Of a stretch of 64,000 bases of DNA, positions 19,842-30,139 are shown piece after piece. Below the pieces are notes generated by a model that saw only the letters and a program-made list of their open reading frames with translations, did no database searches and was not told where the DNA came from. Position 1 is the first letter of the stretch, and each line of letters begins with the position of its first letter. The position numbers and the translations under genes were made by a program. Origin of the DNA: an uncultured virus (IMG/VR IMGVR_UViG_3300025387_000001) (lineage: Duplodnaviria > Heunggongvirae > Uroviricota > Caudoviricetes); IMG/VR virus record IMGVR_UViG_3300025387_000001, one strand, 5' to 3'.

Positions 19842-20489
19842 ATGAAACTAATAACCGAAGAAATTCTAGACATTCAGTATCTTATTGAGGATGATGGTAA
19901 AGGTGGAAAAAACCGCTTTATCACCGGCATCTTTATGCAGGCCGAGAAAGTCAATAGAAACGGTCGTGTATATCCTATGAATGTCCTCTCCAAAGAGGCG
20001 GATCGTTACAACCGCGAATACGTTCAAAAGAACAGAGCATTTGGTGAGCTAGGTCATCCTGAGAATCCTCAAATCAACCTAGACCGTGTGTCCCACATGA
20101 TTACATCATTGCATCCTGACGGGACAAACTTTATTGGTAAAGCAAAGATTTTAGATACTCCTAACGGAAAAATCGTTAAGAGTCTACTAGATGGTGGTGC
20201 AAGCCTTGGTGTGTCAACAAGAGGCGTAGGGTCTCTCAAAGCACACAATGGTTTTCAACAAGTCCAAGATGATTACAAGTTAGCAACAGCAGCAGATGTT
20301 GTGGCCGACCCATCAGCACCAGAGGCATTCGTTCGTGGTATTATGGAAGGTAAAGAGTGGGTATTTCTAAACGGTAAATGGACAGAACAGTCTAATGACC
20401 GTGCAGTTAAACTCATTAAAGAATCTTCACGCCACGATATTGAATCAGTAGCCTTAAAGATTTTTGAAAATTATATTTCAAAATTGTAA
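19842..20489 (+). CDS. gp21: Prohead protease gp21
   Basis: GIFMQAEKVNRNGRVYP, AFGELGHP, LGVSTRGVGSL, DVVADPSAPEAFV. Confidence 0.96.
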   Translation: MKLITEEILDIQYLIEDDGKGGKNRFITGIFMQAEKVNRNGRVYPMNVLSKEADRYNREYVQKNRAFGELGHPENPQINLDRVSHMITSLHPDGTNFIGKAKILDTPNGKIVKSLLDGGASLGVSTRGVGSLKAHNGFQQVQDDYKLATAADVVADPSAPEAFVRGIMEGKEWVFLNGKWTEQSNDRAVKLIKESSRHDIESVALKIFENYISKL

Positions 20490-20531
20490 AATACTAAATA
20501 ACATTAGGAATAATAAAGGAGTATCCTAAAC

Positions 20532-21956
20532 ATGGGTAAATCACTACACGAAGCAGCGAAAGCTGTGCTAGAAGGTAAGCAACTAACTGAAGGTGCTTAT
20601 CCAGAAGTATCACCTGGTAAGATTTCAAATCCTAACCCAGTTGACCCTTCAACAGTAAATACAGTTAATGCTAAGACATTGCATCCTGGTACAAAATCAC
20701 CAGAAAGTCGTTTTGCTAATCCAAATGCAGCTCCTGCTACATTAGGTTACGACGATTTAGGTGGTGCTACACCAACTTCACTTGCATCTGATAACCTTGG
20801 TGCTAAATCTGCTGGTAAAACAGGCAAAGACACATCAAAGTCATCAACTTCTTCCGTTAAGGGTGAAGGTAAGAAATCACTAAAAGCACAACCACAGTCC
20901 GGTTCATCTGCTCCTGCTGGTCTTCCAGAAGAGATGGAAGATGACCGTCCAGTAGTTGCTGAAACATCAGCAATTGCCGAGCGTGTTGCTACAATCAAAG
21001 AAGCAGCTAAGAAGTCAAAAATGGCCGCATCTGCTTGTTCAATGGAAGAAGAGAACCTTGAGGAAGAAGAACTAGAACTTTCCGAGGAACTAGAAGATTT
21101 CATTAACGAAGCAATCGAGGCAGGTCTTGATGAAGAAGAGATCCTTGCTGCTATTGAAGAGAACTTTGAGTTTTCAGAAGAAGTTCTTGACGAAGAATTA
21201 GAGGAATCACCAGTCGAGTATTATCCAGTTGACATGTCCGAACATGTTAATGCTCTACTCGAAGGTGAAAACCTTTCAGAAGATTTTCATGCTAAGGCAA
21301 CCACAATTTTTGAAGCTGCTGTAAAAGCGAAACTTGAAGAAGAAGTTGCCCTACTTGAGCAGGCTTATGCAGAGACATTGGAAGAAAGAGTTGCAGAGAT
21401 TATGGAACAACTTTCATCTGACGTTGATAACTATCTCAATTACGTAGTTGAACAATGGATCGAAGAAAATGAAGTTGCCGTTGAGTCCGCTCTCCGTAGC
21501 GAACTTACCGAAGATTTCATCGGCGGTCTCCGTTCACTATTCGCCGAACACTACATCGACATTCCTGAAGAGGAAGTTGCCGTTGTAGAAGAACTTTCAC
21601 ACACCGTTGAAGAACTTGAAGCAAAACTCAATGAAGAGATTGAACGCAATGTTGCTCTAACAGGCATGATTGCTGAATCTCGTAAATCAGAGTTAATAGG
21701 TTATGTTTGTGAAGGTCTAACAACTACTCAGGCCGAGAAACTTAAAGGTCTCGTTGAGAATGTTGCTTATACTAACGATGACCAGTTTATCGAAAAGATT
21801 TCAACACTACGGGAGAACTATTTCCCAACATCAGTTAAGTCTGATGCAGTTCTTGACCGCGTAGAGTCCGCAGATCCATCAATGATTAACGAAAGCAATC
21901 TTGAGGGTCCTATGGCAAACTACGTAAAGGCACTTGGTAGAAGCCTCCCAAAGTAA
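20532..21956 (+). CDS. gp22: Prohead core scaffold protein gp22
   Basis: LSEDFHAKATTIFEAAV, YLNYVVEQWIEEN, LFAEHYIDIPEE; very acidic. Confidence 0.93.
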   Translation: MGKSLHEAAKAVLEGKQLTEGAYPEVSPGKISNPNPVDPSTVNTVNAKTLHPGTKSPESRFANPNAAPATLGYDDLGGATPTSLASDNLGAKSAGKTGKDTSKSSTSSVKGEGKKSLKAQPQSGSSAPAGLPEEMEDDRPVVAETSAIAERVATIKEAAKKSKMAASACSMEEENLEEEELELSEELEDFINEAIEAGLDEEEILAAIEENFEFSEEVLDEELEESPVEYYPVDMSEHVNALLEGENLSEDFHAKATTIFEAAVKAKLEEEVALLEQAYAETLEERVAEIMEQLSSDVDNYLNYVVEQWIEENEVAVESALRSELTEDFIGGLRSLFAEHYIDIPEEEVAVVEELSHTVEELEAKLNEEIERNVALTGMIAESRKSELIGYVCEGLTTTQAEKLKGLVENVAYTNDDQFIEKISTLRENYFPTSVKSDAVLDRVESADPSMINESNLEGPMANYVKALGRSLPK

Positions 21957-22005
21957 TTTAATTAGTTATTATAACTAAACTAAACATAGAAAGAAGGAAA
22001 CTAAA

Positions 22006-23367
22006 ATGTATTTAACAGAACAACTAGAACAGAAGTGGTCACCAGTTCTTGACCACGATGGTCTCAACGCAATTAAGGATCCATACCGCCGTGCGGTTAC
22101 AGCCGTAGTTCTTGAGAACCAAGAAAAAGCAATGGCCGAGGAAGGCCGCACACTTAACGAAGCTGCACCTACAAACTCAGGTGGCGGTCTCGGTTCAGGT
22201 ACATCAGTTGGTTCATACGATCCAATCTTGATTTCACTTGTTCGTCGTGCGCTTCCTAACCTAATCGCATATGACGTTTGTGGCGTTCAGCCAATGACCG
22301 GTCCTACCGGCCTCATCTTCGCTATGCGCGCTCGTTACTCAGCAATGGGTGGCCAGGGTCAAGGTACAACAAACGAAGCATTGTTCTTTGAAGCTAACTC
22401 AAACTTCTCTTCACAGAACGCCGGCGGCGGTCTTGCTGGTACATCTTCTGGCAACACATCAAACACCGATCCTGTATTCGCTCTTGGCGATTCAGCAACA
22501 TATGGTGTTGGTAAAGGCATGACAACAGCACAGGCCGAAGCTCTTGGCGACGGTACATCAGGCAATGCTTTTGCTGAAATGGCCTTCTCAATTGATAAGG
22601 TTACTGTTACAGCTCGCTCACGCGCTCTAAAAGCAGAATACACCACAGAACTTGCTCAGGATCTTAAAGCCATTCACGGCCTTGATGCTGAGACAGAACT
22701 TGCTAACATTCTCTCAACAGAGATTCTAGCAGAAATCAACCGTGAAGTTATCCGCACCATCTACCGTTCAGCATCAGCTGGCGCTCAGTATGGTGTTACA
22801 ACTGCTGGTACATTCGATCTTGACACAGACTCAAACGGCCGTTGGTCAGTTGAGAAGTTCAAAGGTCTTATCTTCCAGATCGAACGTGAAGCTAACGCTA
22901 TTGCGAAGGCAACCCGTCGCGGCAAAGGCAACGTCATCATCGTTTCTTCTGACGTTGCATCCGCTATGGCTATGGCTGGTGTTCTTTCCTATACACCTGC
23001 TCTATCTGCCGACCTAACAGTTGACGATACAGGCAACACCTTCGTTGGTATGCTCCACAACCGCATTAAGGTTTATATTGATCCTTACTTCGGTGGTTCA
23101 GCAGTTGGCGACGAGCTTGTTACAGTTGGCTTCCGTGGTCAGTCACCATTCGACGCTGGTCTATTCTACTGCCCATACGTTCCACTACAGATGGTTCGTG
23201 CAATCGGTCAGGATACATTCCAGCCAAAGATTGGTTTCAAAACCCGTTATGGCATGGTTGCTAACCCATTCGCAACATCTGCTGGCGACGGCGTTGTTGG
23301 TGATCGTAACACATCAGGTCAGGCTAACATCTATTACCGTATTTTCAGAGTGCGGAACCTCACTTGA
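22006..23367 (+). CDS. gp23: Major capsid protein gp23
   Basis: GVQPMTGPTGLIFAMR, SRALKAEYTTELAQDLKAIHGLDAE, FQPKIGFKTRYG. Confidence 0.98.
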   Translation: MYLTEQLEQKWSPVLDHDGLNAIKDPYRRAVTAVVLENQEKAMAEEGRTLNEAAPTNSGGGLGSGTSVGSYDPILISLVRRALPNLIAYDVCGVQPMTGPTGLIFAMRARYSAMGGQGQGTTNEALFFEANSNFSSQNAGGGLAGTSSGNTSNTDPVFALGDSATYGVGKGMTTAQAEALGDGTSGNAFAEMAFSIDKVTVTARSRALKAEYTTELAQDLKAIHGLDAETELANILSTEILAEINREVIRTIYRSASAGAQYGVTTAGTFDLDTDSNGRWSVEKFKGLIFQIEREANAIAKATRRGKGNVIIVSSDVASAMAMAGVLSYTPALSADLTVDDTGNTFVGMLHNRIKVYIDPYFGGSAVGDELVTVGFRGQSPFDAGLFYCPYVPLQMVRAIGQDTFQPKIGFKTRYGMVANPFATSAGDGVVGDRNTSGQANIYYRIFRVRNLT

Positions 23368-23411
23368 TTTATCAAATACTTATACACAACTTATAAGTGT
23401 ATAAGACAAAC

Positions 23412-23439
23412 TGCCGGGGATTTACTCCCCGGCATTTTT
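23412..23439 (+). terminator. Intrinsic terminator after gp23 (overlaps the end of the convergent endonuclease gene)
   Basis: TGCCGGGGA-TTTAC-TCCCCGGCA-TTTTT. Confidence 0.8.
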
Positions 23440-23982
23440 GTTGGTTGACCAAAACTTTTCTGCTCTTATTCTTTTCATAGTTTCGCTTGTTTTCTTTTTA
23501 GTTTCTTCGCTTCTGACTCTTGGATTTTCAGCAAGATACTTTTTTGCCGAATCACTCATTTTCTTTTTTGTTTCTTCTGTTCGTTTAGATCCAATATTGG
23601 ATTGTACCATACACTCTACTCTTGCTCTGCGTTCTTCTTCTGACATGGAGAAAAACTGTTTTCTTTTAGTATCTTTCATCTTCTCAATAGCGGTCTTATC
23701 TAATGCTGCGGCAGGACATTGGTTGTATCCACTGGGCCATAATGTATTATACATATTAATATAATGGTTTTCTCTTTCATTTAGGTTCTCAACATTTTCT
23801 TCCAGAACCTCATAGTCAAAGTTATTCCATCCGTGTTTCCTGATAGAACGATGGAAATAATAATTAGAATCTCTTTCCATTGCTTCGTGCAAGTGGTTGC
23901 GTTTCCTTTGTTCTGGATGTATGGTTTGTCCGATATATTTCTTTCCAGTAACCTTGTTTGTGTAACAGTAAATGATACCCAT
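23422..23982 (-). CDS. GIY-YIG (Seg-like) homing endonuclease, opposite strand
   Basis: GIIYCYTNKVTGKKYIGQT, LNERENHYI, GYN, RTEETKKKMS repeats; SD GGAGG upstream on the minus strand. Confidence 0.9.
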   Translation of the reverse strand: MGIIYCYTNKVTGKKYIGQTIHPEQRKRNHLHEAMERDSNYYFHRSIRKHGWNNFDYEVLEENVENLNERENHYINMYNTLWPSGYNQCPAAALDKTAIEKMKDTKRKQFFSMSEEERRARVECMVQSNIGSKRTEETKKKMSDSAKKYLAENPRVRSEETKKKTSETMKRIRAEKFWSTNKNAGE

Positions 23983-24129
23983 AATAACCTCCTTGGTCGT
24001 TCGTAATCTAACCTAATAGTATATAGTCATCAAAAAACTTTTTTCAATGAACCAAACATTAACGGAACATTAAACTTTCGTAATGTTGGCCGTCAAAAGT
24101 GAATGCCTAAATACCAGACGGAGGCATTA

Positions 24130-24657
24130 ATGACTACAGAACCATATACTGCTAATACACCACAGAATACCAGTATTCTACAGTCAACAAAGTTTACCTT
24201 TGTTATTCCTGATCTTCCATTTTTAAAATATTTCTGTCAAACGGTAAATCTCCCTTCTGTATCTACCACAGAGGTTATGGTACCAACACCATTTTCTGCA
24301 ACCTATCGTGCAGGTGATAAATTGGTATATGAGGCTTTTACCATTACCGCTATTATTGACGAAGACCTTCGTGTATGGGAAGAAACATATAAATGGTTAG
24401 TTGGTTTGACCAGACCTGAATCCTATTCACAATATATCAAAGCAAGAGATCCTAAAGCACCACTTTATTTTGACGGATATCTTACCGTAAATACCAATGC
24501 CAACAATCCTAATATTCGGGTAAAGTTCCATAACTGTCATCCTACCTCCATTGGATTAATATCTTTTGATACCAAGGTAGACGCAGATATTATTCCCACC
24601 GCTGACTTTACTTTCCGTTATGACCTCTTTGAAATAGAACGGTTGACTTCCGTATAA
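24130..24657 (+). CDS. gp3: Tail completion/sheath stabiliser gp3
   Basis: YFCQTVNLPSVS, GDKLVYEAFTITAIIDEDLRVWEE; between gp23 and uvsY; SD GGAGG before ATG 24130. Confidence 0.85.
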   Translation: MTTEPYTANTPQNTSILQSTKFTFVIPDLPFLKYFCQTVNLPSVSTTEVMVPTPFSATYRAGDKLVYEAFTITAIIDEDLRVWEETYKWLVGLTRPESYSQYIKARDPKAPLYFDGYLTVNTNANNPNIRVKFHNCHPTSIGLISFDTKVDADIIPTADFTFRYDLFEIERLTSV

Positions 24658-24687
24658 TTTTCCTGTATAATGATGATTTGATAATGA

Positions 24688-25143
24688 ATGGAGTTTGCTT
24701 TGCGACCACCAGTTAAACTTGATGACCTAATGGAGGAATGGCATAAAGATTGTGCTATTGACTCCACTGAACCAGGCCTAGAACTAATTCGTATCTCATC
24801 TCTTCATGGTAAATACTTACATATTCTATCTCACCATAGAATGTTGGTTAAGAAGTTTACCAATGACTATAATAAAATGCGTCTCATTAAGTTCCAATAT
24901 TATCAAGGTGAACTTGATATGGAAGAACTGAAAGAGCGTGGATGGCAACCTAATGGTCGTCAAATCATAAAGCAAAATATACCAATCTACATGGACGCGG
25001 ACGAAGACCTAAATAATATGGTTCTTAAAAAAGTAGTTCACGAAGAAGTGGTAGAGTTTTGTACCTCCATTATAAAGGAACTAAACAGTAGAGTATATGC
25101 TCTCCGTGCCTTTATTGAATGGAAGAAAATGACGGATAGATGA
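24688..25143 (+). CDS. uvsY: Recombination mediator UvsY
   Basis: EEWHKDCAID...SLHGKYL...YYQGE...IEWKK; synteny with uvsW. Confidence 0.88.
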   Translation: MEFALRPPVKLDDLMEEWHKDCAIDSTEPGLELIRISSLHGKYLHILSHHRMLVKKFTNDYNKMRLIKFQYYQGELDMEELKERGWQPNGRQIIKQNIPIYMDADEDLNNMVLKKVVHEEVVEFCTSIIKELNSRVYALRAFIEWKKMTDR

Positions 25144-25151
25144 TAGGAAAG

Positions 25152-25232
25152 CCTAAATAGATGTAGGTCGCGGAGCGCCAACTCCCACCTACTCTAACGC
25201 TTTTACGGAGCATCAGCATGTCCTATTATATA
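25152..25232. repeat. Conserved structured leader cassette, copy 1
   Basis: CTAAATA..GTAGGT CGC GGAG-CGCCAA-CTCC C ACCTAC TCTAACGCT-TTTACGG-AGCATCAGC ATG. Confidence 0.85.
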
Positions 25233-25805
25233 TACGCCTATTTACGAGAAGATGGTTCACCTTACTATATTGGTAAAGGAAAAGGTCGCCGAGCTTGGCA
25301 TAACCATAATGCTTGTAATGCGAAGCCTCCCAAAGATAAAACTCGTATCATAATAATGGAATCCAACCTTACGGAAGTAGGTTCTCTTGCTTTAGAAAGA
25401 TTTTATATTCGTTGGTATGGAAAAATTTGTGATAATACGGGTGTTCTTAGAAATAAATCCGATGGCGGAGAAGGTGGTGTAATAAATTCTGGATGTTTCA
25501 GAAAAGGGCAATCTCCAGTATTCAAAGGTATGAAAATGCCTATACTATCAAAAAAGAAAAAAGAATATTGGGAAAAATGGAGAAAAGAAAATCCTGATTA
25601 TAGAAAAAAATGGAAAACCTATGAAAAGGTCGGGTATTCCATAGAAGCAAGAGAAAAAAGAGCAGAAGGTGCCAGAATACGTAACAAGATAAATATAAAC
25701 TGTCCTCATTGTGGTAAGTCAGGACAATTGGCAAATATGAAAAGATGGCATTTTGATAATTGTAAGGAATATGATGACTCATCTAGTATTGAAAAATGTA
25801 AATGA
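25218..25805 (+). CDS. GIY-YIG-like homing endonuclease with C-terminal Zn-finger
   Basis: [34 protein letters not shown]...NMKRWHFDNCK. Confidence 0.85.
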   Translation: MSYYIYAYLREDGSPYYIGKGKGRRAWHNHNACNAKPPKDKTRIIIMESNLTEVGSLALERFYIRWYGKICDNTGVLRNKSDGGEGGVINSGCFRKGQSPVFKGMKMPILSKKKKEYWEKWRKENPDYRKKWKTYEKVGYSIEAREKRAEGARIRNKININCPHCGKSGQLANMKRWHFDNCKEYDDSSSIEKCK

Positions 25806-27249
25806 AACCTTCATAAGAATCGAATGTGATGAAGGTATTGCTATGGAACTTTTTGATTCATTCTCATTCCGACCACCTGGATTCCAATTTGTTCCAGCCT
25901 ATAAACAGAAATTATGGTCTGGTTATATTCATTTATTTCAATTAAAAAATAAACAAATATATCGTGGCCTTGCTCCACAGGTAATGAAGTGGATCAAGGA
26001 AAGAGGTTATACATATGAGTATGAGGATGAGGACTTAGATACATCATTCTCCTTAGAAGAGGCTAAAGAATATGTCGAAATACTCAATCCTAAACACCTT
26101 CCTCGTGACTATCAGATGGATGCTTTCGTTCATGCTATTCGTTCTAAACGTCGCATTGTGTTGTCTCCTACTGGTTCCGGCAAGTCTCTTCTTTTATACC
26201 TTGTTTGCAATTATTTGCTCAAACAAGGGAAACGAGGCCTTCTCATTGTTCCTAGGTCCGCACTAGTAGAACAAATGTTCTCCGACTTCCAAGACTATTC
26301 TACTAAGAATGGTAAGGATATGTTCAAGTATTGTTGGAGAGTATATTCAGGTAAAGATAAAAACTCTGAACACCCCATTATGATATCCACCTGGCAGTCT
26401 TTGTTTAGGATGCCTAAAGAATATTTTGAGCAGTTTGATTATGTAATATGTGACGAAGTTCACCAAGCACAGGCCAAGGCTCTATCAGATATCCTTTCCA
26501 AATGTACCAAAGCAGAATACCGACTCGGTGTAACAGGTACACTTTCTGGTGCTAAAGCACATGAATGGGTATTGATGGGATTATTCGGTCAACTATATAA
26601 GGCCACCACATCAAAAGAATTGATGGAGAAGAAACAACTAGCAGAACTAACCATCAAGTGTCTCTTGTTGAAATATAGTGAAGAAGAATGTCACTATATG
26701 AAATCGGCAACCTATCAGGAAGAACTTGAATACATTATTTCCAATACTAGTCGTAATAAGTTTATATGTAATCTTGTCCTCTCTTTAGAAGGCAATACCT
26801 TATTACTGTTTAATTTTGTAGAGAAGCATGGCACCGTCCTCCACGACATGCTAAATAAGAAAGTCAAGGACGGCCGTAAGGTCTTTTTTATTCATGGAGG
26901 AACTGATGTCGAAGACAGAGAACAAATACGCAGGGTCGTCGAGAACGAACGTGATGCTATTATTGTTGGGTCCGTTGGTGTTCTTAGCACTGGTACTAAT
27001 ATTGTGGCCTTGGACAACATCGTCTTTGCATCTCCTTCCAAATCCAAAATCCGTAACCTTCAGTCCATTGGTCGCGGACTCCGTGTTTCTGCAACGAAAA
27101 AATCCGCCACCTTATTTGATATCGCCGATGATTTTACCTACAAAAAACGCGAAAATTTCACTCTAAAGCATTTTTTAGAGAGGTTAAAAACCTATAGTGA
27201 AGAACACTTTAGGTTCCGTATATACAAAATTGACATGAAGGATAAGTGA
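25771..27249 (+). CDS. uvsW: DNA helicase UvsW
   Basis: SPTGSGKS, DEVH, TGT, QSIGRGLR. Confidence 0.95.
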   Translation: MMTHLVLKNVNETFIRIECDEGIAMELFDSFSFRPPGFQFVPAYKQKLWSGYIHLFQLKNKQIYRGLAPQVMKWIKERGYTYEYEDEDLDTSFSLEEAKEYVEILNPKHLPRDYQMDAFVHAIRSKRRIVLSPTGSGKSLLLYLVCNYLLKQGKRGLLIVPRSALVEQMFSDFQDYSTKNGKDMFKYCWRVYSGKDKNSEHPIMISTWQSLFRMPKEYFEQFDYVICDEVHQAQAKALSDILSKCTKAEYRLGVTGTLSGAKAHEWVLMGLFGQLYKATTSKELMEKKQLAELTIKCLLLKYSEEECHYMKSATYQEELEYIISNTSRNKFICNLVLSLEGNTLLLFNFVEKHGTVLHDMLNKKVKDGRKVFFIHGGTDVEDREQIRRVVENERDAIIVGSVGVLSTGTNIVALDNIVFASPSKSKIRNLQSIGRGLRVSATKKSATLFDIADDFTYKKRENFTLKHFLERLKTYSEEHFRFRIYKIDMKDK

Positions 27250-27250
27250 A

Positions 27251-27652
27251 ATGGAAAATCAATCAATCGCCAAGTTCATCCGTCTAAAGACCGGTGATGA
27301 TATAATTGCCGAGGCCTTTGAGACAGGTGATGATACTGGTGATTATATCACGGTAATCAATCCACTCAAGGCTATGTATGTTCCAGCAACAGCAACAGGA
27401 TATTTACAGATAGCATTTATGCCTTGGGTTTATCCTCGGATATGTGATCAACAGGAATTCAACATCAAAAGGGAAGAAGTTCTTCTTTACCAAGATGTTA
27501 CTGATAATATGAATGAGTATTATTGGGAAAGTGTAGATCATTACCTTGCCGCTAAACGTGAAAAAGTAGAAGAAATACAAGAAGAAAAAATTGATGAAGA
27601 AACAATGGAAGAGTTATTGGAAGAAATCCGAAAAGGAAGGGTTATGCACTAA
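27251..27652 (+). CDS. Conserved T4-like hypothetical protein downstream of uvsW
   Basis: FIRLKTGDDIIA...FMPWV pattern. Confidence 0.6.
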   Translation: MENQSIAKFIRLKTGDDIIAEAFETGDDTGDYITVINPLKAMYVPATATGYLQIAFMPWVYPRICDQQEFNIKREEVLLYQDVTDNMNEYYWESVDHYLAAKREKVEEIQEEKIDEETMEELLEEIRKGRVMH

Positions 27653-27906
27653 TGGACAAGAACAAATACCTAGACTTGGATGGATCGGATGATTTTGGTT
27701 TTTCTTTTGGTGAGGAAACAGACCTTACACCTATTACCAACGAGGTAGAGGATCTAAAGCAAAGATTACAGGCCGTCCGTAAGATATATCTTCCTCTACT
27801 GGAAAACCTAGCAAAGAACGACGACCAACCCATTATCAAATGGCCTAATCGCGGTCCGGTCTTAAAGAAGCATATGGATAAGTTAAAGAAACTTACCGAT
27901 GTCTAA
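27652..27906 (+). CDS. Conserved phage hypothetical protein
   Basis: DFGFSF...PLLENLAKN...IKWPNR. Confidence 0.6.
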   Translation: MDKNKYLDLDGSDDFGFSFGEETDLTPITNEVEDLKQRLQAVRKIYLPLLENLAKNDDQPIIKWPNRGPVLKKHMDKLKKLTDV

Positions 27907-27979
27907 AGCCCATGCTTCGCATGGACTCGCTTCGCTCGTCTTGAGCAACTGGTTATATTTGGTGGTGGATGCGGAGCAC

Positions 27980-28009
27980 ATTATACACACAGATTAGGAA
28001 CCTTGTCAA
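27980..28009 (-). promoter_or_regulatory. Sigma70-type promoter on the minus strand with no downstream ORF
   Basis: Minus strand reads TTGACA-18 nt-TATAAT, with a T/A-tract upstream. Confidence 0.65.
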
Positions 28010-28039
28010 GCCCCTTTTTTCATAAAAAATAAAAAAATA

Positions 28040-28122
28040 CTAAATAATAATTGTAGGTCGCGGTTGGGGAACCCACCTACTCTAACACTCGGCAAGGAGT
28101 ATCAGCTATGTTCTATATTTAT
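28040..28122. repeat. Conserved structured leader cassette, copy 2
   Basis: CTAAATA..GTAGGT CGC GGTT-GGGG-AACC C ACCTAC TCTAACACTC-GGCAAG-GAGTATCAGC T ATG. Confidence 0.85.
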
Positions 28123-28596
28123 GCTTATCTAAGACAAGACGGAACTCCATATTACATTGGTAAAGGTAAAGAAAATCGTGCATGGTCTAAGCACGATAGA
28201 ATAAGATTGCCTAATGATGATAGAATTATTATAATGGAATCAAATTTAACAGAAATAGGATCCTTGGCTTTAGAGAGATTCTATATACGGTGGTATGGTA
28301 GAAAAGATAATGGAACAGGAATACTAAGAAATCTTACAAATGGTGGTGATGGTGTAGAAGGTAAAAGGGGAAAACAACGAAATCCTAATACATCAAACAT
28401 AACTAAATTATTGATAGAAAGAAATAAAAATAGATCCTATTTGTGGGAAATAACTTTTCCTGATGGACATAAAGAAATTATTAAAAATTTGGAACAATTC
28501 TGTTTTTGTCATAATTTACAAAGTTCAGGCTTGACAAGAGTGGCAAAAGGTGATAGGATTCATCATAAAAATTACAAAGCGAGAAAAATATTATGA
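28108..28596 (+). CDS. GIY-YIG-like homing endonuclease
   Basis: [47 protein letters not shown]. Confidence 0.85.
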   Translation: MFYIYAYLRQDGTPYYIGKGKENRAWSKHDRIRLPNDDRIIIMESNLTEIGSLALERFYIRWYGRKDNGTGILRNLTNGGDGVEGKRGKQRNPNTSNITKLLIERNKNRSYLWEITFPDGHKEIIKNLEQFCFCHNLQSSGLTRVAKGDRIHHKNYKARKIL

Positions 28597-29171
28597 CGGT
28601 AAAGAAAAAACGCAATCACTATGTAGATAACGAGAGGTTCTTAGCAGAGATTGTTGAGTATAAGAAGCAAGTGGTTATTGCCAAAGAACAAGGCCTTGAT
28701 AAACCACGGGTATCGGAATATATTGGCAAATGTATTTACTTGATTGCCGAGAACCTTTCGCATAAACCTCGTTTTATGAACTACTCGTTTCGTGATGAGT
28801 TGGTATCAGATGCTATTGAGAACTGTTTCCTATATTTTGATAACTTTAATCCTACCATTTCACAAAATCCTTTTGCTTACTTTACTCAAATCATTTACTA
28901 TGCCTTTCATAGAAGGATTAGTAAAGAAGAAAAAAATCGTTACATTATATACAAAAAATTCCAAGAAAGTGTCCTAGATACATCGGATGCAGCTTTAATG
29001 ATAGATCATGACGATCAGCACTTGATTTCCTCTACGATGTATGATAACCTAAACGAGTTCATAAAGAAGTTCGAGGGTCGTGAAGCGGAAAAGAAAGAGA
29101 AGCGAAAAGCGGCTAAAGAAGGACTAGATAAGTTTTTTGGAGAAGACGATGAAGGAAGAGAACCAGTTTGA
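28593..29171 (+). CDS. gp55: Late-transcription sigma factor gp55
   Basis: [46 protein letters not shown]. Confidence 0.95.
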   Translation: MTVKKKRNHYVDNERFLAEIVEYKKQVVIAKEQGLDKPRVSEYIGKCIYLIAENLSHKPRFMNYSFRDELVSDAIENCFLYFDNFNPTISQNPFAYFTQIIYYAFHRRISKEEKNRYIIYKKFQESVLDTSDAALMIDHDDQHLISSTMYDNLNEFIKKFEGREAEKKEKRKAAKEGLDKFFGEDDEGREPV

Positions 29172-29352
29172 TGTACCTTTCCAGGTCCAGCAGTTATTGT
29201 CGGCCTTGAAGGACAAGAAAGAAAGAGTTCATGTTCGTGGTAACTACCGTATGCGGTTAGATGCCATTAAACGTGCTATTGATACAGCTATCAATGACTA
29301 TGATACGGAAATGGGAACGGCAAATACTTTTAAACGTAGGAAATCGTCATGA
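29149..29352 (+). CDS. Hypothetical protein
   Basis: Short ORF overlapping the gp55 end, SD GGAG. Confidence 0.55.
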   Translation: MKEENQFDVPFQVQQLLSALKDKKERVHVRGNYRMRLDAIKRAIDTAINDYDTEMGTANTFKRRKSS

Positions 29353-29534
29353 CTGATATTGATGACCTAATCAGAGAAGTAGAACAATCCATGGAATGGT
29401 TCTGTGATAAAATCGTAGAACCGGTTCCTCATAGTAAAGAAGATAAAGACAAGGTTTTCCAACGAATGATTACCCTTGGATGGATAAGGCAGAGTGAAGT
29501 TGATACTTATAAAGAACTTACTAAAGAGGATTAA
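29349..29534 (+). CDS. Hypothetical protein
   Basis: ATGA-coupled short ORF. Confidence 0.5.
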   Translation: MTDIDDLIREVEQSMEWFCDKIVEPVPHSKEDKDKVFQRMITLGWIRQSEVDTYKELTKED

Positions 29535-29554
29535 ATGTTGAAAATCTAGGATTA

Positions 29555-29633
29555 CTAAATAGGTATTGTAGGTCGCGGACGGCCATCCCACCTACTCTAA
29601 TACTGTTTAGGAGTATCAGCATGACTATTTATT
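29555..29633. repeat. Conserved structured leader cassette, copy 3
   Basis: CTAAATA..GTAGGT CGC GGA-CGGCCA-TCC C ACCTAC TCTAATACT-GTTTAGG-AGTATCAGC ATGACTATTTA. Confidence 0.85.
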
Positions 29634-30139
29634 GTCCTCTATCCGAAGCACTTGGTATTAATTATAATACAAGTTCTGAATATGACACTGTATATGATAA
29701 TATATACGAACATATAATGTGTCGTATACCTGGATTTCCACATGATGAAATATCCAAAAAACTCATTTCCGAAAAAACAAAAGAATACTGGTCTTCATAT
29801 GAAGGACAGAAAAAGAAACTACGCCTTATAGAATGGAATCGTAAAACAAAATCAGAAGTTATGAAAAGAACTTGGAAAGAAAAACCGGAAAGTTTATATA
29901 GAGGCGGCCGGAAAAAAGGTTCTAAAGATTTGGAAAAAAGAAAAGAATCCGTTAGGAGAAAGCCTAGACAAATATTTGCGGATGGTGTAATATATAAAAA
30001 TATACACGAAGCATCAAAAGGATGTAATATATCAGTATCAGGTGTGAAAAAACGTTGTCAACACAATATTTATGGATGGAGATATATTAGTGGCGAAGAT
30101 AGCTCTTTTAACAGACACACATGCCGGTGTTCGGAATGA
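29621..30139 (+). CDS. NUMOD3/NUMOD1-type DNA-binding protein without a recognisable nuclease domain
   Basis: GFPHDEISKKLISE and DGVIYKNIHEASKGCNISVSGVKKRC; no GIY-YIG or HNH motif seen. Confidence 0.65.
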   Translation: MTIYCPLSEALGINYNTSSEYDTVYDNIYEHIMCRIPGFPHDEISKKLISEKTKEYWSSYEGQKKKLRLIEWNRKTKSEVMKRTWKEKPESLYRGGRKKGSKDLEKRKESVRRKPRQIFADGVIYKNIHEASKGCNISVSGVKKRCQHNIYGWRYISGEDSSFNRHTCRCSE

